NCBI GenBank assembly: GCA_963755125.1
Contig: CAVWIP010000011.1
Location: 128,001-192,000, forward strand
From: an uncultured delta proteobacterium
GTDB taxonomy: Bacteria > Myxococcota_A > Polyangia > Fen-1088
Length of the DNA stretch: 64,000 bases
Direction of reading: 5' to 3'
Positions within the stretch are counted from its first letter, which is position 1. Each line of letters opens with the position of its first letter. This document shows positions 1 to 9,000 of the stretch, in pieces. A model generated the notes under the pieces. It worked only from the letters and a program-made list of their open reading frames with translations, did not search any database and had not been told where the DNA came from. A program made the position numbers and the translations under genes.

Positions 1-5
1 GGGCG

Positions 6-278
6 ATGCCCAGCTTGCCGGCCGGCGCCCCCGACAGCGGAAGTCGCCGCGTGCACATCCCGGACAGTCCCTGCGGCCCGTTCTGGTTCCGGGTGGTGTT
101 CGACCGCAATGGCGACGGAAGGTCCAGCCCGGGCGATGCCGTGTGCGCCGAGGCCTCGGCCGAGGCCTTTGTCCGCGTCGAGCCGAGCGACGCGCCCCGG
201 CTGGTCAAGTGCACGGAACCCGAATCAGCCGGGGCCGCCGGTCACGCCGGCCCGTCAGGCTCTCCTGACAGCCGCTGA
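6..278 (+). CDS. 3' end of a hypothetical protein, probably starting upstream of the window; carries a DxNxDG (DRNGDG) loop
   Basis: Frame is open from the window edge with GC3-rich codons. VVFDRNGDGRSSPGD resembles a Ca-binding Dx[DN]xDG loop. Confidence 0.45.
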   Translation: MPSLPAGAPDSGSRRVHIPDSPCGPFWFRVVFDRNGDGRSSPGDAVCAEASAEAFVRVEPSDAPRLVKCTEPESAGAAGHAGPSGSPDSR

Positions 279-394
279 TGGCGTGCGGGTGCAGACAGTG
301 CGACACCTTGCTATTGTTGCAAGGAGTGAAACAGGCTGCGGGGCACGAATGACGTCACGCCACGCTTGCCAGCGGAGTGGTGACACAGGATGGC

Positions 395-520
395 CTATGC
401 GTGCGCTAGTGCCTCGGCGCCCTTCGGATGCCGGAACTTGCGATGACTCCCGCAGGCTGGCTCCTCAATGAAACCAGCCCGCTTCAGATCAGCAATCAGC
501 TCCCGAAGTTTCCGCGGCAC
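395..520 (-). pseudogene. hicA: Truncated HicA-family mRNA interferase toxin (41 aa), with no hicB
   Basis: Manual translation from GTG at 520 gives MPRKLRELIADLKRAGFIEEPACGSHRKFRHPKGAEALAHA*. It has the HicA N-terminal helix, GF, GSH catalytic motif and FxHP. Similarity ends after HPKG. Below the ORF-track size cutoff. Confidence 0.75.
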
Positions 521-524
521 TGGA

Positions 525-549
525 GGATAGTATCATACTGATACTATCC
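525..549. promoter_or_regulatory. Perfect AT-rich inverted repeat overlapping the hicA promoter; probable HicB-type operator
   Basis: GGATAGTATCA-TAC-TGATACTATCC has 11-bp arms and sits 4 bp upstream of the hicA GTG. It contains a minus-strand -10-like TACTAT at 527-532. Confidence 0.7.
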
Positions 550-596
550 AGGTGCAAGTCTCGGCGTGGCGACATTCTCTCCGGATCAACCTGCCC

Positions 597-2996
597 TCAC
601 CCCAACTTCACGTCGACCCTAACTTCTCTGCTACCCGCGATTGGTAGTGGCACCACGCAGCCAGCCATGGCATTACCATCGACAGTCAGCTGGACAGCGG
701 AGCCCGCGCCAGCCCGCTTGACCTCGATGAGATAGCGCACGCCTCGATACACGCGCGTCGCCTTGAACCCCTTCCACTTCTCGGGAATGGCCGGCGCAAT
801 CATCAACCCGGTGTGAGTGGGCCGGATGCCGAGAATCCACTGTGTGCCGGCCACGTAGGTCCATGAAGCCGTGCCAGATAGCCACGCATTGCGGGCATAG
901 CCATATTGTTTGTGTTCTGGGCCAGTGACGTTGCCACAGTAGACATAGGGCTCGACCTTCATGCAGTCCACATCCCGCCGCATGAAGGGCGTGATCTGCA
1001 AGTAGTACTGCATGGCCCGCTCTGCCATGCCGAGCTTGGCCGCAGCCACAATGGCCCAGGTGTTGGCGTGGCAGAAGATGCCGCCATTCTCCTTGGCACC
1101 GGGCGGATAGGTCGTGGTTCCGCGCACCCGCTCGTCGCCCTCGGTGTAGGCCGGCCAGAGTAGGGCCAGTCCGTACTTGCTGTTGAGCTTGTCGTGCGCC
1201 TGTTGCATAGCGCGCCGGCCGCGTTCGACCGGGGCCGCATCGCCGATGACCGCCCAGGTCTGCGTGTTGAGCGCGATGCGGTGGTGGGCTTCGCTCTTCA
1301 CGCCGATGGGCTTGCCTTCGTCGTCGAAGGCGCGCGCGTACCAGTCGCCGTCCCAGGCCACCTGATTGAGGATGGCCGCCATCTCAGCGTGCAGGCCGCG
1401 GAAGCGCTTCGCCTCATCGGTCTTGTGCATGTGGTCCGCCAGGTCAGCCAGATCGAGCAGGGCGCGGCAGAACTGTTGCGCGCACCATACGCTCTCGGCC
1501 TTGCCGCTGCCGTGGTCCACGTTCATCGTATCGTCCCAGTCGGCAAAACCGATGCGGGGCAGGCCCTGGGGACCCCGGTGCTGCAGGGTGAAATCGATCG
1601 CGCGCAGCATGTGGTTCCACACACTGTCGCTGCCGCCATCGGTGTAGTCGATTGTCTCATCAAGATAGGCGAGATCCCCGGTTTCGCGCAGATAGGCGCA
1701 GACCCCGAGGATCAACCAGAGGTGGTCGTCACAGAACCACTGCGGCCAGGCCGGGAATTCGGCGGCCAGGCCAGGCCCACCCTCGCCGGTCAAGGGCAAC
1801 ACCTGATGCCAGGTATGCCCATCCTTGTATTGCAGATGCCACAACATGCTGAGCGTGGCCCGCGCGCGGTCAGCGGCGTTGTGCACGGTGCCCAATGTGT
1901 CTTGCGCCGAATCGCGCGTGCCCATGCCCCGGCCGGTGCCGGTCTCATAGGCTGAAACGAAACGCGACCAGAAGAGCGTGGTACGACACTGGATGGGATT
2001 CCAGACGTTCAACATGGCGTTGACCACCGGGTCGGGCGTTTCGACGGTGAAGCGGCCCAGGTAGTCGTTCCAGTCGGCGCGCAGATCGCTAAACGCGGCA
2101 ACCACGTTCTCAGGATCGCGGAAGTGCGCCACCACCGCGGGGATGCGTGCCGGCTCGTCGGTCACGCCCATGACAAAGACGATCTCCTTCTCTTGCCCGG
2201 GGCTCAGGGTCACACTGTGGCACAGCGATCCGATATTGTTGCCCCTGGGTGCCTCGATGTTGCTGGGCTTTCCCCTCTCGACCACCTCGGGGTTGGACAG
2301 ATCCCGCCAGCGGCCGACAAAGATCTCGCGATCGGTATCGAAGCCGGCCGGCTTGACACTGGAAGCAAAAAAGTTGGTGGTCGGCGCGAAGCGGGTCTTG
2401 GAGGCGATGATTCCGTCCTTGACCCTGGCCTCGAGAATGTGCTGGCACCAATCGAGGTTGAGCTGATCGCCAAGGGCATCGCGGAAGCTGAATTCCACAT
2501 AGGAGAAAGTGCGCAGCTTGCGGGTCTTCCTGCCGGTGTTCTTGAGCTTCAGGACCCACAATTCACAAGGGCAGGATTCGTCTTTCGGCGCACGTGGAAC
2601 GAAATACAGCAGGCTGGCGGCAATTCCATTGTGGCTGCTGGCAATTCGAGTGTAGCCGGCGCCGTGACGGCATTCATAGGAGGCGAGCTTCACCCCCGGC
2701 GTGGGTTGCCAGGTCGGGCTCCAGAATCTCCCGCTCTCCATGTCGCGGATGTAAACGTAGCGACCCGGCTGATCCATGGGGATGGCGTTGTAGCGGTAGC
2801 GGGAAACGCGGCGGTTCTTGGGATCGCGGTCGAAGGAAAAGCCGCCGCCAGTGTTCGAGACGATGCCGCCGTAACGACCCTCGCCGATGTAGTTGAACCA
2901 GGGCGTGGGCGTGTCGGGCCGGGTGATGACGTACTCACGCGCCTCGGCGTCGAAGAATCCGTAGGGGTTGGAAAGGGCCTTGGTCTTGCTGGTCAT
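597..2996 (-). CDS. GH94 glycoside phosphorylase (cellobiose/cellodextrin/chitobiose phosphorylase-like)
   Basis: 799 aa. Motifs: YGFFD..REYVITRPDTPTPW, RYRYN, GRGMGTRDSAQD, ADWDD (catalytic Asp region), KENGGIFCH, EPYVY, WLSGTASW. Confidence 0.93.
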   Translation of the reverse strand: MTSKTKALSNPYGFFDAEAREYVITRPDTPTPWFNYIGEGRYGGIVSNTGGGFSFDRDPKNRRVSRYRYNAIPMDQPGRYVYIRDMESGRFWSPTWQPTPGVKLASYECRHGAGYTRIASSHNGIAASLLYFVPRAPKDESCPCELWVLKLKNTGRKTRKLRTFSYVEFSFRDALGDQLNLDWCQHILEARVKDGIIASKTRFAPTTNFFASSVKPAGFDTDREIFVGRWRDLSNPEVVERGKPSNIEAPRGNNIGSLCHSVTLSPGQEKEIVFVMGVTDEPARIPAVVAHFRDPENVVAAFSDLRADWNDYLGRFTVETPDPVVNAMLNVWNPIQCRTTLFWSRFVSAYETGTGRGMGTRDSAQDTLGTVHNAADRARATLSMLWHLQYKDGHTWHQVLPLTGEGGPGLAAEFPAWPQWFCDDHLWLILGVCAYLRETGDLAYLDETIDYTDGGSDSVWNHMLRAIDFTLQHRGPQGLPRIGFADWDDTMNVDHGSGKAESVWCAQQFCRALLDLADLADHMHKTDEAKRFRGLHAEMAAILNQVAWDGDWYARAFDDEGKPIGVKSEAHHRIALNTQTWAVIGDAAPVERGRRAMQQAHDKLNSKYGLALLWPAYTEGDERVRGTTTYPPGAKENGGIFCHANTWAIVAAAKLGMAERAMQYYLQITPFMRRDVDCMKVEPYVYCGNVTGPEHKQYGYARNAWLSGTASWTYVAGTQWILGIRPTHTGLMIAPAIPEKWKGFKATRVYRGVRYLIEVKRAGAGSAVQLTVDGNAMAGCVVPLPIAGSREVRVDVKLG

Positions 2997-3283
2997 GGAG
3001 ATCCCTTCGTCTCGACGTTCTTCGGAGCGACGGCCGCGTGGGCGACCGCATGGGCCGCTGATCTAACTCTCCCGTCCTCTCTAAGTCAAAGCGGCCCCCC
3101 GCCGGCTTGGGTCGCGCCATCTGGGACGCCGAATGCTCGATGCTCCGCCGCCCTGTGGGTTGGACGCCCTTGCAGCTAGGAACCATTTCCGGTCGATGGT
3201 AGTGTCCTCGCCAATCCGGGGACTGCCAGAGGTCCACCTCACCCCGGTGCCACTTCAACGACCCCCTCGGGCCGAGGACAGCC

Positions 3284-4696
3284 ATGTCGGAAAAACGAGC
3301 CGTCGATCCGTCGCAGGTGATTCCATTCGTCGAGAAGTTCGGCTACGCCCTGGGAGACTTCGCGTCCAACCTGTTTTGGATGCCCTTCATCCTGTTCGGC
3401 AACTTCTTCTACACCGACGTGTTCGGCATCTCGGCCACCGCCGTCGGCTACATGCTGCTGGTCACGCGCATCTGGGACACGGTGATTGATCCGGTGGTCG
3501 GGCTCATCGCCGACCGCACCCGCCCGCGGCCTGGGCTCGGCCGGTACCGTCCCTACCTCTACTGGTTCGCGCTGCCCTTTGCGGTCGTGTGCAGTATTGC
3601 GTTCTTCTCTCCCAACCTTGGGCCCGTGGGCAAGGTCGTGTATGCGTGGGTCACGTACACCGCGTTCTGTATAGTCTACTCCCTCATCAACGTGCCCTAC
3701 TCGGCCCTGATGAGCGTGATGTCGCGCGAACCCGGCGAGCGCAGCAGCACCAGCTTCTTCCGCATGATAGGCGCACAGGTCGCGGGGCTCATCATCTCAA
3801 GTGGGCTCATGTTCTTCGTGGCCAAGATCGGTGGCGGCAACGGGCAAAGCCAGCAACAGAGGGGGTTTTTCATTGTCATGACCCTGTTCGCACTCATGGC
3901 CATGGTCTGCTTCTTGCTCGCGGGCAAGTTGACCCGTGAAAGAATCGCGCCCGATCTCAAAGAGAAGGGAGACATCTCCAAGGATCTGAAGAACATCGTC
4001 GGCTGCGGGGCGTGGTGGCTCTTGTTCCTGGTGTCCTTTTTCACCATTGCCGCCTTCACCCTGCGCTTTGGCGTTGCCGCCTACTACTTCAAGTACTACG
4101 CCGACCCCGAAGCTGTGAAGAGCTGGGGGCTGTTCCAGGGTGGTGCCGTGAGCGCCTTTTTCACGCTTGGCACAATTGCCGCACTTCTGGGCGTCATCGT
4201 CTTCACCTTCTTCGCCAAGACCATCGACAGGAAGAAGATGTACTACGTGCTCATCCTCTCGTCGGGCCTGCTCTCGATCTACTTCTACTACATCCCCAAA
4301 CAGAACATCACGACCATCATCGCGACGCAGGTGCTGTTCTCATTCCTCACCGGACCGACTGCCGCCATTCTGTTCGCCATGTACACGGACATCGCGGCCT
4401 ACATCCGCAACCAGGGTGCTTCCGCCTCGAACGGCTTGGTCATGTCAGCCGGCTCGTTTGCGCAGAAGTTCGGATGGGCGATTGGCGGCTCGCTCACCAG
4501 CATCCTGCTAGGTCTGGCCGGCTACGTCGCGAACCAGCCACAATCCGAGCACGTCCAGCAGATCATGCGCTTCATGATGAGTTGGGCCCCCATGATCACC
4601 TGCTTCATCGGCGCGTTCTTCATGATGCTCTACCCACTCAACGCCGCGCGCATGGCCCTTGTGACCAAGGAACTTGCCGACAAGGGCCTGAACTAG
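3284..4696 (+). CDS. GPH-family (MelB-like) MFS glycoside:cation symporter
   Basis: 470 aa with about 12 hydrophobic segments. Motifs: EKFGYALGDFASN, RIWDTVIDPVVGLIADRT, GRYRPYL, NVPYSAL. Divergent from the GH94 gene. Confidence 0.93.
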   Translation: MSEKRAVDPSQVIPFVEKFGYALGDFASNLFWMPFILFGNFFYTDVFGISATAVGYMLLVTRIWDTVIDPVVGLIADRTRPRPGLGRYRPYLYWFALPFAVVCSIAFFSPNLGPVGKVVYAWVTYTAFCIVYSLINVPYSALMSVMSREPGERSSTSFFRMIGAQVAGLIISSGLMFFVAKIGGGNGQSQQQRGFFIVMTLFALMAMVCFLLAGKLTRERIAPDLKEKGDISKDLKNIVGCGAWWLLFLVSFFTIAAFTLRFGVAAYYFKYYADPEAVKSWGLFQGGAVSAFFTLGTIAALLGVIVFTFFAKTIDRKKMYYVLILSSGLLSIYFYYIPKQNITTIIATQVLFSFLTGPTAAILFAMYTDIAAYIRNQGASASNGLVMSAGSFAQKFGWAIGGSLTSILLGLAGYVANQPQSEHVQQIMRFMMSWAPMITCFIGAFFMMLYPLNAARMALVTKELADKGLN

Positions 4697-4724
4697 GCTA
4701 TCCAAGACCCCACACTGCCGCGAT

Positions 4725-6983
4725 CTACAAATAGGGAACCGGCGGCACGACCGTGAGCGGCGGCAGCGGTGGTGGGGTTGGGGGCGGAGGAGGCGGGTTG
4801 GCCGAAACGTATTGCTGGGTCCAGGCCGCCATATGGTTCGAGGTCGTCAGATCCTGGAACGGGAGGAAGAAGCCCGGATAACTTCCGTCCTGCCCGGCCA
4901 TGACTTGGTCGGCATCGAGGGCAAACATCCACAGCAGGAGTTGCGTCGGCTCGTCGCCCACGACACTCGGGTTGGGTTTGTACAGTCGCAGACCGGCCCG
5001 ACGCTGCGATGCCGAGGTGAACCAGAACAGCTTGTGCCCGTTCTGCGTGGCTTGAAAGGGAGCGGACCGCGGGAAGGTGTCCATCAACATTCCACTGGAG
5101 ATCCGCTGGACCACGAGCGAACTGCGTCCGTCGGCCAAGGTGAGCTGGTCGGCCACTCCCATCGCATTCGCCTTGGCCAGCAGCACAGGCGTTGCGTTGG
5201 CTTGGGGCTGAACCGCCCAGACCGTGGCCGAAGGATCGGCGTAGGAGTCGACCAACGAATCCGAGTCACCCGTCTGCCGGGTCGCCTCGCTGTACAGCAG
5301 GAAGGATGAGTCAGGCACGAAATTCGGAGTGTAGCGACTCTTGCCAGTCGTGTGCGGCACCACGACCACCTCGGCAGGGTTCCATCCCGCGGCCGAATTC
5401 TGAACCACCGAAATGCCACCTTCCTGAAACTGGATGATCGTACCGCTGTTCCCGTAGATATGGGTCACGGCAATGGTCTGTCCGTCGGGCGACCAGTCCG
5501 GATAGCTCACCGGAAAGCCCAAATTCAGCGTGCTCTGCCGCACGCCGGTGACCCCGTCGTTGAAGGACAAATTGTTGATCCCCAGCGTGTCGCCCGCAGG
5601 TGCGTCGGCCACGAACTGGCTTCCGTCCGGATTGAACGAAGCGGTCATCACGCGGTTCGCGGCGGCGGTTCCGGTGGCGCGACCGTCAACGGTCAGCCAA
5701 TTCGGCGAGGTCTTGGGCAAGGAAAGATCATTTATGTAGACGAGATAGCCCGCCCACGAGGCACCCTTGGAAGCCACCATGCGGGTTCCGTCGCGCGACA
5801 GAGCGTGACAGCCCACGCAGGTCGTATTTGCGTTGGGATTGCCCGAATCGTCGGGCAAGTCGCTCGGCTGCAGGGCCACGGCGAGGGCAGACTGGGAACC
5901 GAAGTCGAAACGCATGATGCTCGGCGACTGGGTTTGCGATTGGGTTGTGGTCCAGTAGTAAATGGCTCCGTCCACCCGGTCAGCGGCGAACTGCACGCTG
6001 ATGCTCGCCGAGCTACCCACATTGCCGTTCTCGTCGGTTCCCCGCACCGTCAGCGTGGCCGGATCGCTCCCGCTGTTGCTGTCCGCGATGACGTTGACCG
6101 TGTCGGGATCGAGTACGAAGGCACAGGCCCCGGCGAGGTACTTGGTGGGATCGGCGTAGCAGCGCGTGTAGTAGCGGTACTCCGAGAAGTTGCTCAGGAT
6201 CGAGATCTCATAAAGCTCGCCGGTCTTGCTCCCCGGCTGAAAATGAACTTCGAGCTGCTGCATGTTGGGCGGGAGCAGCACGCCGTCATTCGGATAGACC
6301 AGCGTGGGGGCCAGGGTCGCCGTGTTGGTTCCCGTGAACTCTGGCCCCGGATCGCTGGGAATGGCGGGGGTGGCGCCGGGAGAGCCGGCCGGAGCAGAGC
6401 CCGAGTCGACGATGGTCACCGTCAAGGTCGTGGTCACCATGGTGATGGGATCGTCGGTGTTTGCGGCCTGGGCCTGGATGGTGACCTTGCCCCCGCGCTG
6501 GGGCGGATCAGCCGAGCTGGTCGGCAAGCGGGTCGTGAACGTCGAACTGCCATCGGCCGGGAACTCGCCCACCAAGTAGTTGTCGGGAACGTAGAAGACC
6601 GTCCGGTCAGTGATCTCGACCTCGCCCCCGCCCGCCTTCATAGTGGCAAAGGCTCGGAAGGAAACCGTCCCGCTCTGTCCACGCTGGACCACCAGAACCG
6701 AATTCGCCGGGTCGATGCGCATGGATGCGATGTCTTGCGGAACGGCGGCTGGCTCCGCGTCGGGCGGCAGCCCCGCTTCGGGCACCGAGGTAATGATGGC
6801 TCCCCCGCTGCCCGCGTCCTTCTGGCCGCTCTGGCCACCCTGGCCGCCTGACGGGCTACCATCTGGCGTCTGTGGCGGACCCACACTGACGGTGGCTGGG
6901 GCCGAGCAAGCGGCCGCGGTCGCGACACAGGCTGCGGCGCCTAGAACCCGTGACCATGTGAACTTCCAACCTGCACAGGTCAT
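4725..6983 (-). CDS. TolB-like/PD40 beta-propeller lipoprotein with CxxCH motif and Pro-rich tail
   Basis: ATG at 6983 is preceded by AGGAG. Lipobox AAAC. Repeats SRDGTRM, FNPDGSQF, PDWSPDGQTIA. CVGCH motif present. Confidence 0.8.
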   Translation of the reverse strand: MTCAGWKFTWSRVLGAAACVATAAACSAPATVSVGPPQTPDGSPSGGQGGQSGQKDAGSGGAIITSVPEAGLPPDAEPAAVPQDIASMRIDPANSVLVVQRGQSGTVSFRAFATMKAGGGEVEITDRTVFYVPDNYLVGEFPADGSSTFTTRLPTSSADPPQRGGKVTIQAQAANTDDPITMVTTTLTVTIVDSGSAPAGSPGATPAIPSDPGPEFTGTNTATLAPTLVYPNDGVLLPPNMQQLEVHFQPGSKTGELYEISILSNFSEYRYYTRCYADPTKYLAGACAFVLDPDTVNVIADSNSGSDPATLTVRGTDENGNVGSSASISVQFAADRVDGAIYYWTTTQSQTQSPSIMRFDFGSQSALAVALQPSDLPDDSGNPNANTTCVGCHALSRDGTRMVASKGASWAGYLVYINDLSLPKTSPNWLTVDGRATGTAAANRVMTASFNPDGSQFVADAPAGDTLGINNLSFNDGVTGVRQSTLNLGFPVSYPDWSPDGQTIAVTHIYGNSGTIIQFQEGGISVVQNSAAGWNPAEVVVVPHTTGKSRYTPNFVPDSSFLLYSEATRQTGDSDSLVDSYADPSATVWAVQPQANATPVLLAKANAMGVADQLTLADGRSSLVVQRISSGMLMDTFPRSAPFQATQNGHKLFWFTSASQRRAGLRLYKPNPSVVGDEPTQLLLWMFALDADQVMAGQDGSYPGFFLPFQDLTTSNHMAAWTQQYVSANPPPPPPTPPPLPPLTVVPPVPYL

Positions 6984-7150
6984 CTTGTTTCTCCTGCGAT
7001 CGAGACGAATTGAACGAAGCATGGTCCATATGGTCGGTGATGTAAACTACGGGTTCGAGCGGTGGGACATCGGGACATGATTTCCGGCCCTGCACGAAGG
7101 CTCAAGCGTGGCGGCACCGATCGCGACTGGCTTGACGCAACGATTCCGTC

Positions 7151-7156
7151 TATAAT
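7151..7156 (+). promoter_or_regulatory. Putative sigma70 -10 element for the lipoprotein-PilZ operon
   Basis: Consensus TATAAT in GC-rich DNA, 22 bp before ATG 7179. TTGACG lies at 7132-7137 with a non-canonical 13-bp spacing. Confidence 0.4.
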
Positions 7157-7178
7157 CGCGAATCAGCCTGGTCAGACA

Positions 7179-8084
7179 ATGCCTTCCCTCGCACACAGAA
7201 CCACCTGTCTCTCCTTGCACACGACCCGTGCACAGGCGCTGACGTTGCTGTTGGGACCGCTGCTTCTTGCGTGTGAGAGCGGGACACACATGAGAGACGT
7301 GGCCGCCCCGGTCACCCAGCGGGTTGCCGAGGTTTCAGTGCGCCTGGATGTACCCACGACCGGTGCGCCCGCCCTGTCGGTGCTCGCCTTCCGCGCGAAC
7401 GTGACTGACCATTCCGCGACGGACGTGCTGGGCGTGGTGGACCCCCTAGTGGCGCCCGCTCCCGACGGTCCCTGTGAGCTGCGGGACGTGGCCGGCCAGG
7501 CCCGTGCGCTTCGCGCCCAGGGCGGTGCGGTGAATCTCGAAGAGCTGGGTGGCGTGTCCGTAGTCGCCGGCCTGGATGGTCCCGGACTGCATCCCGCTCC
7601 GCGCGTTTATCCACCATTTGCCGAAGTCGTGGGCGGCGTGATCGCCGAGGCTGGCCCGGTGGATATCCTTGAGGTACCGCAGACACTCGCCCTGGACCTT
7701 CCCGGCCCCGCGAACCGGCCGGCCAAGGTCGTCCTGGCCGTGCCGGGCGCGCCGCGTGTCCTCGATCGAAACGAGGTGCCGCTGGCCACGGGAGCCCGTC
7801 TCGCGACCGCGGGCGATCTGGTGTTGCAGGTGACCGGGCCCGAGCGGACCTTTCTGGAGATCCGCCCCTATGGCGCACCGGTGGCGGTGGCCTGTGCCCC
7901 GGGCGCAGGAGGATTGGTCGTGGTGTCGCACGACCTTCTGACGCGCATGGCTGCTGCGGCGGGAGGGGTTCCGGTCTCGATCGAGGCCGTGTGGCGCGAT
8001 AGCCGCATGGTCGTGACCGCGATCCCGCCCACGCGTGTATCTGTGGAGGTGCGCTCCTCCACGGTGGTGGACCTGCGTCCGTGA
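7179..8084 (+). CDS. Hypothetical lipoprotein
   Basis: Signal peptide ends in LLAC. Its stop overlaps the PilZ start (GTGA). Start chosen downstream of the TATAAT. Confidence 0.65.
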   Translation: MPSLAHRTTCLSLHTTRAQALTLLLGPLLLACESGTHMRDVAAPVTQRVAEVSVRLDVPTTGAPALSVLAFRANVTDHSATDVLGVVDPLVAPAPDGPCELRDVAGQARALRAQGGAVNLEELGGVSVVAGLDGPGLHPAPRVYPPFAEVVGGVIAEAGPVDILEVPQTLALDLPGPANRPAKVVLAVPGAPRVLDRNEVPLATGARLATAGDLVLQVTGPERTFLEIRPYGAPVAVACAPGAGGLVVVSHDLLTRMAAAAGGVPVSIEAVWRDSRMVVTAIPPTRVSVEVRSSTVVDLRP

Positions 8085-8455
8085 CTCCGCTCGGGCGCTG
8101 CGACACGCGGCGGTTTTCCCGCCGGGATGCCCTCCTGCCCGTGGTTGTCCGCGCTGCCGGCAACAAGGTCGAGGCCGGGATCAGGCTGAACACCGCCGAC
8201 CTGTCCGAGGGCGGGGTCTTCTTGCGCTCTGACCTCCTCTTCGAGGTGGGCGAGACCTTGAGTCTGGAGATCCCGTTGACGGCCGGCGAGACGCTGGCCG
8301 CCCGTGGCCGGGTTGCGTGGGTCACCCGGGGCGGAGGCGCCGAAGCGCCAGCGGGTATGGGAATCGAGTTCGAGAAGCTGTCAGCACAGGACCGTCGCCG
8401 CCTGACCCAAAGCCTGCGACGGCTGACCCAGCCGGCCGGCCGCAAATCCGCCTGA
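8081..8455 (+). CDS. PilZ-domain c-di-GMP-binding protein
   Basis: RxxxR (RRFSRR) and DxSxxG (DLSEGG) motifs, plus GRVAW and GMGIEF strands. Confidence 0.9.
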   Translation: MTPLGRCDTRRFSRRDALLPVVVRAAGNKVEAGIRLNTADLSEGGVFLRSDLLFEVGETLSLEIPLTAGETLAARGRVAWVTRGGGAEAPAGMGIEFEKLSAQDRRRLTQSLRRLTQPAGRKSA

Positions 8456-8466
8456 AACGAGGAATC

Positions 8467-8808
8467 ATGCCCGAAACCCTGGATGAACTGACCTACGACT
8501 ACGAAGACGAGGGTGTGCTGGTCCGCAAGCAACTGGACAAGGTCGTCCTGACCAAGGGCTCGTGGGCCACCCTGATGTTCCTGTACCAGGAGCTGGACAA
8601 GGCGAGTGGCAAGTTCCGCGCGCCGAAAATGGCCATCGTACGCTTCAAGAAGTTCCACGGCTCGTATCGCAAGCAATCGTCGTTCAACGTGTCGAGCGAG
8701 AAACAGGCGCGCCAGATCACCGAGGTCTTCGAGCGCTGGTACGCCAAGATGGCGATGAGCGACGAGGCGGGCGAAGAAGAGTCCGCCGGCGGCGGCGAAG
8801 AAGGCTAG
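8467..8808 (+). CDS. Small conserved hypothetical protein with acidic tail
   Basis: MPETLDELTYDYEDEG...LTKGSWATLMF...YRKQSSFNVSS. GAGG RBS and strong GC3 bias. Confidence 0.8.
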   Translation: MPETLDELTYDYEDEGVLVRKQLDKVVLTKGSWATLMFLYQELDKASGKFRAPKMAIVRFKKFHGSYRKQSSFNVSSEKQARQITEVFERWYAKMAMSDEAGEEESAGGGEEG

Positions 8809-9000
8809 CAAAGCGGTCGGAGTGCCCGTGACCATAACGGATCGCGAATGGGCACGATGTCAGGCGCACGAGGTCTTGTCGGCGGTCGCGTTTCGACGCG
8901 GAACTCCACACCCTCTTCCCCACGTTGGCTGACCCGTCTACACTGTGGCGATTAGCCGACCTTCACTTCCACGTCATCGGCAAACCTTGCGCAGGCCGAC

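Noticed and set aside
307..325. CCTTGC-N7-GCAAGG hairpin as a terminator
   Set aside because: The stem is short and there is no U-tract on either strand.
3179..3190. GGAACCATTTCC as a LacI-type operator between GH94 and the transporter
   Set aside because: Only 4 of 6 positions are palindromic, the central CG is absent, and no regulator gene is nearby.
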